From Alphaproteobacteria bacterium (lineage in GTDB: Bacteria > Pseudomonadota > Alphaproteobacteria > RS24), in the NCBI GenBank assembly GCA_965656805.1, contig CBFHLW010000001.1, positions 1-59,483 on the forward strand: DNA of 59,483 nt, written 5' to 3'. Made by a program: the position numbers and the translations under genes. The notes below the pieces were generated by a model. The model did no database searches and was not told where the DNA came from. It worked only from the letters and a program-made list of their open reading frames with translations. Shown here piece by piece: positions 11,767 to 20,945 of the stretch. The first letter of the stretch is position 1; each line of letters starts with the position of its first letter.

Positions 11767-11853
11767 GAATTATGTCTTTAATCGACAGTAAAACCAAAAT
11801 AATCAGTTTACACACCAGCGTGGTAAGCGCCAGTTCGATTTAAGAAGATAATC

Positions 11854-12114
11854 TTAAAGCGCGTTAACGCGCTTTGCTAAGCGAGACACTTTGCGAGAAG
11901 CTGTATTGGGATGCATAATGCCTTTTTGAGACGCACGCATAATTTCTGGTTGCGCATCCTTCAAAGCACTTTCAGCTACGGACTTGTCACCACTTGCAAG
12001 AGCTTCTTCAACGCGGCGCAAGAAAGTACGCACACGACTTAGGCGGCTGCGATTTACTTCAGTACGCTTTGCAATTTTTCTTACCATTTTCTTGGCAGAT
12101 TTTGTATTCGCCAT
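11854..12114 (-). CDS. rpsT: 30S ribosomal protein S20
   Basis: 86 aa, [38 protein letters not shown]; a typical S20. Confidence 0.95.
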   Translation of the reverse strand: MANTKSAKKMVRKIAKRTEVNRSRLSRVRTFLRRVEEALASGDKSVAESALKDAQPEIMRASQKGIMHPNTASRKVSRLAKRVNAL

Positions 12115-12205
12115 TTTCTAATCCATCACCCCAAACGGGGACCTTCACTATAAAATTGTTTTAGATCAACCATTAAGCCAATTAACAAGCCAATCAACCA
12201 CAAAC

Positions 12206-12229
12206 AGCCATTTACGCTCGTAAACGGCT
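12206..12229 (-). terminator. Stem-loop downstream of the enoyl-CoA hydratase gene (candidate terminator)
   Basis: Minus-strand AGCCGUUUACG-AG-CGUAAAUGGCU (11-bp stem with one G-U pair), followed by the G/U-rich GUUUGUGGUUGAUUGG. Confidence 0.4.
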
Positions 12230-12280
12230 TATGAGCGCGGTTTATAGGCCGAAGGTGGCAGTGCGTCAACCCGTAATTGA

Positions 12281-13057
12281 CTATCTATTTTGAAACTTCG
12301 GGGCACGTTTCTCAGCAAAGGCCGCCATACCTTCTGTTTGATCCTCAAACGCAAATAATGAATGGAAAACCCGCCGCTCGAAGCGAACACCTTCGCTCAA
12401 GGTTGTTTCATAGGCCCGATCCACACATTCTTTGGCAATCAACACAGATGGCAATGACTTTTCAGCAATTTTATCAGCTGTGGCCATGGCCTCCTCAAGC
12501 AATTTTTCGGCTGGTATAACGCGACTAACAAGCCCACACCGCTCAGCCTCTTCGGCATCCATCATGCGCCCTGTTAGGCACATTTCCATTGCTTTTGATT
12601 TGCCGACAAAGCGTGTCAGGCGCTGTGTGCCGCCGGCGCCTGGAATAACGCCAAGATTGATCTCTGGCTGCCCAAACTTAGCCGTATCGGCGGCGAGAAT
12701 GAATGAGCACATCATGGCAAGTTCACAGCCGCCACCAAGCGCGTATCCGGCCACTGCCGCAATCACAGGCTTGCGGGCTTTAGCCACCGCCTCCCAATTC
12801 GCGGTAATAAAATCTTCACTCAAAACATCTATGTAATTTTTGCTTTGCATTTCTTTTATGTCTGCACCCGCTGCAAATGCTTTTTCAGAGCCTGTCAGAA
12901 CAATGCAGCCAATCGCTGGATCAGCATCACATTTTTCAATCGCATCTGTTAATTCGTCCATCAGCAAACCGCATAAGGCATTGAGCGCCTTTGGGCGATG
13001 TAACGTAATAAGAGCAACCCGGCCCTGCGTTTCGAATAAGATGTTTTCGTATTTCAT
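12281..13057 (-). CDS. Enoyl-CoA hydratase (crotonase family)
   Basis: 258 aa. Contains [22 protein letters not shown] and [15 protein letters not shown], the crotonase oxyanion-hole signature. Confidence 0.85.
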   Translation of the reverse strand: MKYENILFETQGRVALITLHRPKALNALCGLLMDELTDAIEKCDADPAIGCIVLTGSEKAFAAGADIKEMQSKNYIDVLSEDFITANWEAVAKARKPVIAAVAGYALGGGCELAMMCSFILAADTAKFGQPEINLGVIPGAGGTQRLTRFVGKSKAMEMCLTGRMMDAEEAERCGLVSRVIPAEKLLEEAMATADKIAEKSLPSVLIAKECVDRAYETTLSEGVRFERRVFHSLFAFEDQTEGMAAFAEKRAPKFQNR

Positions 13058-13069
13058 TTTTGAGCCTCT

Positions 13070-13498
13070 TTAGCGTTCATCTTGATGTATAGGGGTTATC
13101 GTTAATTCCACATGATCGGGCAAGACCACAATACGTAACAATTCCGCATCACGGAGATATGCCAAACTTGTCTTAGCATCGGGGGTTTCCGTCCAGCCCA
13201 AATTGGGCAAACTATCTGCGTAAAATTGGATAATTTTAACATCGCTTAAGCCGTCCTCTCGGCCGAGTATGACTGTTAAAATGCGGCCTTCGGCTTTATC
13301 AAAGCTAAAAGCATCTTGTTCACGTTCAATCAATCCATCCGCCAATGGTATATCCGGTGCCGCAGATAAATAACCGGGTTCAGCATGGGCTGGCAACAAA
13401 ACGGCACACCATAATCCAACTAGAAATGCCAAAACCACGAAAGCATGCACCGGCATTTGGAGAGCTGATGAACGGCCTTTAATGATAAATTTTGTCAT
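13070..13498 (-). CDS. Hypothetical exported protein
   Basis: 142 aa with a signal-peptide-like N-terminus (VVLAFLVGLWCAVLLPAHA-EP). No recognisable motif. Called only from ORF length, compact spacing between fpg and the crotonase gene, and the signal peptide. Confidence 0.5.
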   Translation of the reverse strand: MTKFIIKGRSSALQMPVHAFVVLAFLVGLWCAVLLPAHAEPGYLSAAPDIPLADGLIEREQDAFSFDKAEGRILTVILGREDGLSDVKIIQFYADSLPNLGWTETPDAKTSLAYLRDAELLRIVVLPDHVELTITPIHQDER

Positions 13499-13537
13499 AT
13501 CGCCACACTTACTTTCTTAAGAACCGTCATATTCAGA

Positions 13538-14407
13538 TCACCTTTGACATGTTCCACAATAAAAGCTCGACCGCCCCGATTGGACAATGCGTTTAACTAT
13601 ACCTTGGCATGTCGCCCGTGAACAGGCCTCATTCGCACGATCATAGACATCGAATTGGTGTTGGAAGTAACCAAGCTCACCATCGCTGGCGCGAAAGTCG
13701 CGTAAAGTAGAGCCACCGGCTAGAATGGCTTCCCCAATCACAGCCTCAATTGCCGCGCCAAGCCGCGCCAAACGCTGTTTGCTAATTTTATTCGCACGCG
13801 TTTTGGGCGAAATGCCCGAGCGAAACAAAGCCTCACAAACATATATATTGCCTAAGCCCGCCAATACTGACTGATCCAGCAGGGCAGACTTAACCGGGCA
13901 TGACCGGTGCGCGAGACGTTGCGACAAACCCGCAACATCAATTGGCTGTGTCGGCTCGGGGCCCATCGTGACAAAAGCCGGATATTTTGAAATATCTGCT
14001 TCCGGGATGAGGTGCATAAAGCCGAATCGTCTTGGATCGCAATAGGTAATTTGCGTATTATTGCGCAATGACAGGATCACATGCTCATGCGTTTCGCGCG
14101 GCTCGATCTGATTATGAAACCGGCCCGGCGTATTAGCGCCATCATTATATATTGTAAAACGCCCCGTCATTCCCAAATGGGTAATCCAAACCAAGTCATC
14201 ATTTTGCGCCGTTGTGATGTGACATAGTAAATATTTAGCCCGTCGGCTAATATGTTTGATCTCAGCCCCCAATAAGGTCTGTTCAAATTGCGCCGGAAAG
14301 GGGTAACGCAAATTGGGCCGACGCAAGGCAATATAGTCAATAACCTGCCCCACCATGTGAGGTTCAAGCCCGCGACGTACTGTTTCAACTTCTGGAAGTT
14401 CTGGCAT
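13538..14407 (-). CDS. mutM: Formamidopyrimidine-DNA glycosylase (Fpg/MutM)
   Basis: The MPELPEVETVRRGL N-terminus requires the catalytic Pro2, so the start is ATG 14407 rather than 14416. C-terminal zinc finger CQGIVKRIVQSGRSSFYCGTCQ. Confidence 0.93.
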   Translation of the reverse strand: MPELPEVETVRRGLEPHMVGQVIDYIALRRPNLRYPFPAQFEQTLLGAEIKHISRRAKYLLCHITTAQNDDLVWITHLGMTGRFTIYNDGANTPGRFHNQIEPRETHEHVILSLRNNTQITYCDPRRFGFMHLIPEADISKYPAFVTMGPEPTQPIDVAGLSQRLAHRSCPVKSALLDQSVLAGLGNIYVCEALFRSGISPKTRANKISKQRLARLGAAIEAVIGEAILAGGSTLRDFRASDGELGYFQHQFDVYDRANEACSRATCQGIVKRIVQSGRSSFYCGTCQR

Positions 14408-14513
14408 GAAGAACAAGATAGCCTAGGTTTCACAGAAACATAAGGAAAAACAGCAAAATAAGAAATGAATGCTTATCTAGCCAGGGGCGTCTCTTTCGTT
14501 TATCTTCGCGGCC

Positions 14514-15293
14514 ATGAGTGAAAAAAGCCAAAACAATGAAACCAATTTTGGGTTTACAAAAATTCCAACGAGCGAAAAACAATCGCGCGTGCGCGGTGTT
14601 TTTGATGCGGTCGCTGATCGCTATGACATAATGAACGACATGATGTCCGTCGGGCTTCACCGACTTTGGAAAAACCATATGATACGCCGCCTTCCTTTGC
14701 ACGCCGCACGCAAGCCCATGACTATGGTCGATGTTGCCGGTGGCACCGGAGATATTGCCTTCCGCGCGCTCAAAAGCCCTGCCGGTCGCAACGGCCTTTT
14801 GGATGTTCGCCTTATTGATATTAATGCCGAAATGCTGCGCGTCGGCTATGCCAATGCGCAAAAACAAAACTTAGATCATCATATACAAGCCAGTGTCGGC
14901 AATGCCGAGGCCTTGCCGCTCGATGATAAAAGCTGCGATATTTACACGATTGCTTTTGGCATTCGTAACGTCACCCACCGCGATGCGGCACTCAAAGAGG
15001 CCTGGCGCGTGCTCAAGCCAGGGGGGATTTTTGCCTGCCTTGAATTTTCACATATTCCGAATACGTCCATGATGAAAGCCTATGACGCTTATTCATTTAA
15101 CTTGATACCGCCTATGGGACGTTTGGTTACTGGTGAATCGGCGCCCTATAAATATTTAGTTGAGAGCATTCGTACATTTCCACCCGCCGATGATTTTGCA
15201 ACAGAGGTGAGCGAGGCTGGCTTTGAACGCGTACGCCATGAACGACTCTCGGCAGGCATTGTTGCTCTACACCTTGGATGGCGGCCTCTATGA
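14514..15293 (+). CDS. ubiE: Ubiquinone/menaquinone C-methyltransferase UbiE
   Basis: Contains FGFTKIPTSEKQSRVRGVFDAVADRYDIMND, the SAM motif VDVAGGTGD and FGIRNVT. Confidence 0.93.
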   Translation: MSEKSQNNETNFGFTKIPTSEKQSRVRGVFDAVADRYDIMNDMMSVGLHRLWKNHMIRRLPLHAARKPMTMVDVAGGTGDIAFRALKSPAGRNGLLDVRLIDINAEMLRVGYANAQKQNLDHHIQASVGNAEALPLDDKSCDIYTIAFGIRNVTHRDAALKEAWRVLKPGGIFACLEFSHIPNTSMMKAYDAYSFNLIPPMGRLVTGESAPYKYLVESIRTFPPADDFATEVSEAGFERVRHERLSAGIVALHLGWRPL

Positions 15294-16813
15294 GCCGCAC
15301 AATTGGAACATTAAAACTTCTGCGAATGGTGCGCTTATTGCTCGCACAAGATAGCGTATTGCCGCCCGATTTCAAAAAGCGTGCGCCGCTGACACTGCGC
15401 GCCGCACGCCGCATTTTCACCTTGGGCGTCCCTAATTATAGCCATCGCGAACGCGGCGAAAAACTGTCAAAGCGCATTGCTGATCTTGGGCCAACCTATA
15501 TTAAACTTGGTCAATTTCTAGCAACGCGGCCCGACGTTATTGGCGCCAACCTCGCCGCAGACTTAAGGTTATTGCAAGATAAAATGGCGCCTTTTGATCA
15601 GGCCATCGCAGAACAATTATTACGTGACGAAATTCCAGATGCAGACGCTTACATAGTAGAGCTCGGCTCTCCTGTTGCCGCCGCATCCATCGCGCAAGTA
15701 CACCGCGCCAAGGATGCGCGTAATCGCGATGACGATCTCGCCGTTAAATTACTCCGCCCCAATATAGAGGCCAAACTGCGCAATGAGCTTCGTGTCTTTT
15801 TTACCATTGCCCGTTTAGTAGAACGCTTCATCCCTCGGGCGCGGCGCTTACGGCCAACTGATAGCCTCCATGTTCTTCAGCGCACTATAAGCCTAGAAAC
15901 GGACCTACGCCTTGAGGCCGCCGCATTATCGGAGATGTATGAAAATACAAAAGATGACCCTTTCTTCACCGTGCCTAAAGTTATCTGGGAAGCCACAAGC
16001 AAGCAAATCCTTACCATGGAATGGATTGATGGTACGCCGGCCAGTCATGTAGACGCACTCATAAAGGCTGGGCACGATATGCCCGCGCTCGCCACACGGC
16101 TCATCCAAACCTTCCTAAACCAAGCATTGAGAGACGGCTTTTTTCATGCCGATATGCACCAAGGGAACATGATGATTGCTCACGATGGTGTTCTGGTTGG
16201 CATCGACTTTGGTATTGTCGGCCGCCTTGATTATGATAGCCGACGGTTCTTAGCAGAAATACTTCACGGCTTTATCACACGTGATTACGATAAAGTGGCA
16301 CGCATACATTTTGAGGCTGGTTATGTCCCCAAGCGCAATAGCATTGATGAATTTGCACAAGCCCTGCGCTCGATTGGTGAACCTATTCGCGATCAAAATG
16401 CTGAAAATATTTCCATGGCCAATCTCCTCACGCATCTTTTTGACGTGACAGCCCAATTTGAAATGGAAACCCAACCTCAGCTCTTATTGCTCCAGAAAAC
16501 CATGGTCACAGTGGAGGGAGTTGCCCGCAGTTTTGATCCCAAGCTCAATATCTGGGATGCCGCGCAACCCATTGTTAGCACATGGTTAAAAAAAGAACTC
16601 GGCCCAGAAGGCAAGCTCCGCGAGGCACGTGCAGGCTTAAAAAGCATCAGCCGCACCATAAAAGGTTTGCCCGACACATTAGCCGCTCTTCAATCGGCCG
16701 CAACCCAACTAACAGAACAAGAGCCGCAAAAGCCAGACTGGGTGGCGCGCATAATAGGCCTTATGGCTCTTTTCACTAGTCTATATGCTATTTGGCTATT
16801 CATTCAGACCTAA
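15290..16813 (+). CDS. ubiB: ABC1/UbiB family ubiquinone-biosynthesis protein kinase
   Basis: Contains KLGQFLATRPD, AAASIAQVHRA and FHADMHQGN, with C-terminal TM helices. ATG 15290 overlaps the ubiE stop as ATGA, indicating translational coupling. Confidence 0.9.
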   Translation: MSRTIGTLKLLRMVRLLLAQDSVLPPDFKKRAPLTLRAARRIFTLGVPNYSHRERGEKLSKRIADLGPTYIKLGQFLATRPDVIGANLAADLRLLQDKMAPFDQAIAEQLLRDEIPDADAYIVELGSPVAAASIAQVHRAKDARNRDDDLAVKLLRPNIEAKLRNELRVFFTIARLVERFIPRARRLRPTDSLHVLQRTISLETDLRLEAAALSEMYENTKDDPFFTVPKVIWEATSKQILTMEWIDGTPASHVDALIKAGHDMPALATRLIQTFLNQALRDGFFHADMHQGNMMIAHDGVLVGIDFGIVGRLDYDSRRFLAEILHGFITRDYDKVARIHFEAGYVPKRNSIDEFAQALRSIGEPIRDQNAENISMANLLTHLFDVTAQFEMETQPQLLLLQKTMVTVEGVARSFDPKLNIWDAAQPIVSTWLKKELGPEGKLREARAGLKSISRTIKGLPDTLAALQSAATQLTEQEPQKPDWVARIIGLMALFTSLYAIWLFIQT

Positions 16814-16932
16814 TCGATAAATTATTTAATACACAATGTTTTTATCGGGAACTTGAATTTTCACACTTTATAATAGTAGAATAAAGCTTAAACGCGGCGC
16901 ATCCTTGTCCGCCCTCAACATCTTGGGTTTTA

Positions 16933-18183
16933 ATGAGTATAAATCGTATTCTAATCATTATTGGTGGCGGGATCGCAGCATATAAAGCGCCCGAGCTTGT
17001 CCGCGCCTTTAAAAAACAAGGGATCAGTGCACGCTGTATCTTAACGGCCGCCGCTGCACAATTCGTATCTCCTCTATCAATTGCAAGTGTCTCTGGCGAT
17101 AAAGTTTATGAGAATTTATTCGACCTCAAGGATGAGGCCGAAATGGGCCATATTCAACTCTCGCGAGAGGCTGATGCAATTTTAGTGGCGCCGGCTACCG
17201 CCGATCTTATTGGCAAAATGGCCATGGGCGTGGCCAATGACCTTGCTAGTACCACATTATTAGCGACAGATAAGCCTGTCTTTATCGCCCCTGCTATGAA
17301 TGTCCGCATGTGGCATCACCCCGCAACACAGCGTAATTTAGAGCAACTCAAAGGGGATGGCATTCGCATGATTGGCCCTGACGAAGGCGATATGGCTTGT
17401 GGTGAGTTCGGGCTCGGACGCATGAGTGAGGTTGATGATATTGTCTACCAGGTAATGCAGGGTCTCAAACAACATGAAACTGAACACGCAACACTGGTCC
17501 GCACTCATAACGATGGGACGCTTAATGGAAAACACGTGCTCGTCACAGCAGGTCCGACCCATGAGCCGATAGACCCTGTGCGCTATATCGCCAATCGGTC
17601 TTCGGGCAAACAAGGCTATGCCATCGCCGCGGCTTTTGCCGCATCGGGGGCTTTGGTGACGCTGATTAGCGGGCCGACCGACCTGCCTTGTCCAACGGGC
17701 GTGCAAATAACGCGCGTGGAAACAGCCTGTGAAATGTTAGCACATGTCCAAGCCGCCTTACCGGCAGATATTGCCGTCATGACAGCCGCCGTCGCCGACT
17801 GGCGTGTTGAAACCCAAGCAAGCCAGAAAGTCAAAAAGAATGCTGACAACGCAGCCCCCACTCTCACGCTTGTTGAGAACCCCGACATTCTGGCATGGGT
17901 GAGCCAACAATCTGGCACACAACGACCAAGCTTGGTCATTGGCTTCGCAGCTGAAACCGAACATGTGTCTGAATATGCGCAAGCAAAACGCATGCGCAAA
18001 GGATGCGACTGGATTGTCGCTAATAATGTTTCTCCCGAGAATGGTATTATGGGAGGCGACCATAATACGGTCGACATTTTTACCAATGATGACCAAGACA
18101 ATTGGCCGCCAATGAGCAAGTCAGAAGTCGCGCAAAGGCTCGTGGTTAAAGTCTCAGACTATTTGCGCGAACAACCCGAGTAA
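16933..18183 (+). CDS. coaBC: Bifunctional phosphopantothenoylcysteine decarboxylase / phosphopantothenate-cysteine ligase
   Basis: 416 aa. Flavoprotein N-domain ([15 protein letters not shown]) and CoaB C-domain ([27 protein letters not shown]). Confidence 0.93.
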   Translation: MSINRILIIIGGGIAAYKAPELVRAFKKQGISARCILTAAAAQFVSPLSIASVSGDKVYENLFDLKDEAEMGHIQLSREADAILVAPATADLIGKMAMGVANDLASTTLLATDKPVFIAPAMNVRMWHHPATQRNLEQLKGDGIRMIGPDEGDMACGEFGLGRMSEVDDIVYQVMQGLKQHETEHATLVRTHNDGTLNGKHVLVTAGPTHEPIDPVRYIANRSSGKQGYAIAAAFAASGALVTLISGPTDLPCPTGVQITRVETACEMLAHVQAALPADIAVMTAAVADWRVETQASQKVKKNADNAAPTLTLVENPDILAWVSQQSGTQRPSLVIGFAAETEHVSEYAQAKRMRKGCDWIVANNVSPENGIMGGDHNTVDIFTNDDQDNWPPMSKSEVAQRLVVKVSDYLREQPE

Positions 18184-18194
18184 GGAGTACAAAC

Positions 18195-18647
18195 GTGTCG
18201 AATATTAAAATTCCTGTTGTTCAACTCACTCACGCAGAGGGACTTGAGTTGCCTTTTTACGCCACAGAGGGTGCCGCAGGCATGGACCTCAAAGCCGCCC
18301 TCACGGCACCTATCATGTTAAAACCAATGGCGCGCGCACTCATTGAGACAGGCCTATGCATTGCTTTGCCGCAAAATTTTGAGGCACAGATTAGACCGCG
18401 TTCTGGACTTGCCGCAAAACATGGCGTCACAGTTCTAAATACACCCGGTACAATTGATTGCGATTACCGAGGCGAAGTTAAAGTCATATTGATCAATCTT
18501 GGCGAAGAGGATTTTATCATTGAACGCGGGGAGCGCATCGCTCAAATGATCTTTGCGCCAGTCACCAAAGGTATTTGGGAAGTAACCGACAGCCTGCCCG
18601 AAACCCAACGGGGTGAGGGTGGATTTGGCTCCACAGGTAAGGCCTAA
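18195..18647 (+). CDS. dut: dUTP diphosphatase
   Basis: 150 aa. Contains [23 protein letters not shown] and GFGSTG. GTG start preceded by an AAGGAG SD. Confidence 0.93.
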   Translation: MSNIKIPVVQLTHAEGLELPFYATEGAAGMDLKAALTAPIMLKPMARALIETGLCIALPQNFEAQIRPRSGLAAKHGVTVLNTPGTIDCDYRGEVKVILINLGEEDFIIERGERIAQMIFAPVTKGIWEVTDSLPETQRGEGGFGSTGKA

Positions 18648-18651
18648 TATT

Positions 18652-19092
18652 ATGCAACCATTATCACGTAAAACCATGCTTGCCCTGGAAGCCGTTATTG
18701 ACGTCGCCGTACATGCGCGACCCGAGCCCGTTCAAGCACGTGAAATTACCGATCGCCAACAAGTACCACAGCGCTATCTTGAACAAATTATGCAAGCACT
18801 TGTCCGAGCTGATATTCTTCGGGGGGTTCGCGGTCCCCGCGGCGGTTATCGTCTTGCAAGAGAGCGTCGTCGCATTAGTATTGGCGAAATCATTCGCGTG
18901 ATTGATAGTCTGGACAATAATGAGGAACAGGTCACCCTCCGCTCTGTTTTAGGGCAAAGCGTAATCATGCCATTATGCGACAAGGTCGCTGAAAATATGC
19001 GCCTAGAACTTGATGCCATTACGATTGAGGATTTATGCCGCGACGCTCCTAATGTTGCTACAGCGATACAGAGCGAAGACTTTACAATATAG
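18652..19092 (+). CDS. Rrf2-family transcriptional regulator (Cys-poor, CymR-like)
   Basis: Contains MQPLSRKTMLALEAVIDVA...YLEQIMQALVRADILRGVRGPRGGYRLA, an Rrf2 winged helix. It lacks the three-Cys Fe-S ligand cluster of IscR/NsrR. ATG 18652 lies 2 nt (18650..18651) after the dut stop codon (18648..18650). Confidence 0.8.
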   Translation: MQPLSRKTMLALEAVIDVAVHARPEPVQAREITDRQQVPQRYLEQIMQALVRADILRGVRGPRGGYRLARERRRISIGEIIRVIDSLDNNEEQVTLRSVLGQSVIMPLCDKVAENMRLELDAITIEDLCRDAPNVATAIQSEDFTI

Positions 19093-19149
19093 TTTTGTAT
19101 GAAATGGCAAGCGTAAAAATGAAACGCAAAATAAGAAGGGAAATTAATT

Positions 19150-20112
19150 ATGAGTGAGCAACCACGCACAACAGGTCGAGGGAAAATTTATGACTCAATC
19201 ATCGACACAATTGGCAATACGCCAATTGTGCGCCTCAATCGCTTACAAGCCGCTGAAAGCTGTCAGGCCAATCTCTTAGCCAAGCTTGAGTTTTTTAATC
19301 CGATTGCAAGCGTCAAGGACCGTATCGGCGTTGCTATGATTGAAGCGCTCGAGCAGAGCGGCCAAATAAAAGAAGACACGGTGATTATTGAACCAACATC
19401 CGGCAATACAGGTATTGCCCTTGCTTTTGCTTGCGCGGCCAAAGGTCTTAAACTCATTTTGTGCATGCCCGAAAGCATGTCGATCGAGCGCCGTAAAATG
19501 CTCGTGTTGTTAGGTGCGCAGCTTGAGCTCACGCCAGCTGAAAAAGGAATGAAAGGGGCCATTGGTCGAGCTGAAGAATTGCTCGCGCAAAACCCAACAT
19601 GGGTCATGCCACAACAATTCAACAATCCGGCAAATCCACAAATTCATCGCATTACAACGGCAGAAGAAATATGGAATGACACGAACGGGACTGTCGATAT
19701 TGTCATTTCTGGCGTCGGTACTGGCGGCACTTTTTCCGGCGTCGGCAGCCGCCTCAAAGAACGCAAACCCGAAATCAAAATGATTGCCGTTGAACCTGAA
19801 GACAGCCCAATCCTCTCTGGCGGGGCTCCCGGGCCACATAAAATTCAAGGTATTGGCGCTGGCTTTATACCTGGTAACATGGAAGCTAATTTAATTGATG
19901 AGATTGTCACCATATCCAATGAGACCGCATTTGAAACCGCGCGTCGTCTTGCGCGCTTAGAAGGTGTGCCAGGCGGTATTAGTTCAGGTGCTGCGGTTGC
20001 TGCGGCTCTTGAGGTTGGCAAACGTCCTGAGATGGCAGGAAAAAATATCGTTATCATTCTTCCAAGTTTTGCCGAACGCTACTTGTCCACCGCTCTATTT
20101 GAAGGTCTATAA
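19150..20112 (+). CDS. cysK: Cysteine synthase A (O-acetylserine sulfhydrylase)
   Basis: 320 aa. PLP-lysine motif NPIASVKDR, plus [10 protein letters not shown] and GVGTGGT. Confidence 0.92.
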   Translation: MSEQPRTTGRGKIYDSIIDTIGNTPIVRLNRLQAAESCQANLLAKLEFFNPIASVKDRIGVAMIEALEQSGQIKEDTVIIEPTSGNTGIALAFACAAKGLKLILCMPESMSIERRKMLVLLGAQLELTPAEKGMKGAIGRAEELLAQNPTWVMPQQFNNPANPQIHRITTAEEIWNDTNGTVDIVISGVGTGGTFSGVGSRLKERKPEIKMIAVEPEDSPILSGGAPGPHKIQGIGAGFIPGNMEANLIDEIVTISNETAFETARRLARLEGVPGGISSGAAVAAALEVGKRPEMAGKNIVIILPSFAERYLSTALFEGL

Positions 20113-20115
20113 AAT

Positions 20116-20895
20116 ATGACAGATGACTTGCACGCGCCTGAGCTGCGCTATCGGCGTCATCTGTTATTGCATCAAATTGGCGGAGCGGGGCAACAAAAAC
20201 TCAAGGCAGCTCGTGTACTGATTATTGGCATGGGCGGGCTAGGTTGTCCGCTTGCGCAATATTTGACTGTTTCTGGCATTGGGAGATTAGGACTCGTTGA
20301 TAATGACAAAGTCGAACTTAGCAATCTTCAGCGGCAAATATTGTTTTATGAAAATCATATTGGTCAAAACAAAACCGTCGCCGCGCGCGAGACCTTAGCT
20401 TCGCTTAATAGCAAAACCAGTTTTGAGCTTCATACATTACGTGTCACAGAAAATAATGTTGCAGCACTGATTAGTGATTATGATGTTGTTGCAGATTGCA
20501 GCGATAATTTTGAAACACGGTTTATCATTAGCGACGCCTGCTATTATCACAAAAAACCTCTCGTCACCGCCGCCGCAATTGGGTTTCAGGGACAGCTCAC
20601 AACGCTCAAACCCTATCTCAATGACCCAGAGGGTGTGCCCCTCCCAACTTACCGCTGCCTCGTGCCGACAGATGTTAACTCAGAAGATGATTGTATAACC
20701 CAAGGTGTGCTGGGTGCAATTACAGGCACATTGGGCAGCCTGCACGCTGTCGAAGTCGTCAAAGAAATTTTGTCCATCGGAGATAGCCTGGCTGGACGTC
20801 TGCTTATTTATGATGGGCTTTCTTCTACGATAAGAACAATTAAATTACCCCATGACCCGTCCAATCCATTAACCGGCACAAAGTTAAAAACATAA
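20116..20895 (+). CDS. ThiF/MoeB/HesA-family E1-like adenylyltransferase
   Basis: Contains RYRRHLLL..IG..GQQKL, GMGGLGCPLAQYL, D.D.VELSNLQRQ and CITQGVLG. It retains only one of the four Zn-ligand Cys (TYRC instead of CYRC; no C-terminal CxxC). It has no rhodanese domain. Confidence 0.8.
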   Translation: MTDDLHAPELRYRRHLLLHQIGGAGQQKLKAARVLIIGMGGLGCPLAQYLTVSGIGRLGLVDNDKVELSNLQRQILFYENHIGQNKTVAARETLASLNSKTSFELHTLRVTENNVAALISDYDVVADCSDNFETRFIISDACYYHKKPLVTAAAIGFQGQLTTLKPYLNDPEGVPLPTYRCLVPTDVNSEDDCITQGVLGAITGTLGSLHAVEVVKEILSIGDSLAGRLLIYDGLSSTIRTIKLPHDPSNPLTGTKLKT

Positions 20896-20945
20896 TGATG
20901 ATGGGTATAATGCTAGCGCGTGCTTAAAGGCACAAATTCCAGCAT

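Noticed and set aside
11367-11853. A Caulobacter-type origin signature (CtrA TTAA-N7-TTAA sites plus strong DnaA boxes) in the AT-rich gap
   Set aside because: I checked every TTAA pair. Spacings are N8, N1 or N13, never N7. The best DnaA-like 9-mer (AAATCCACT) matches only 6/9. The region is reported as AT-rich and unexplained, but an oriC call is not supported from sequence alone.
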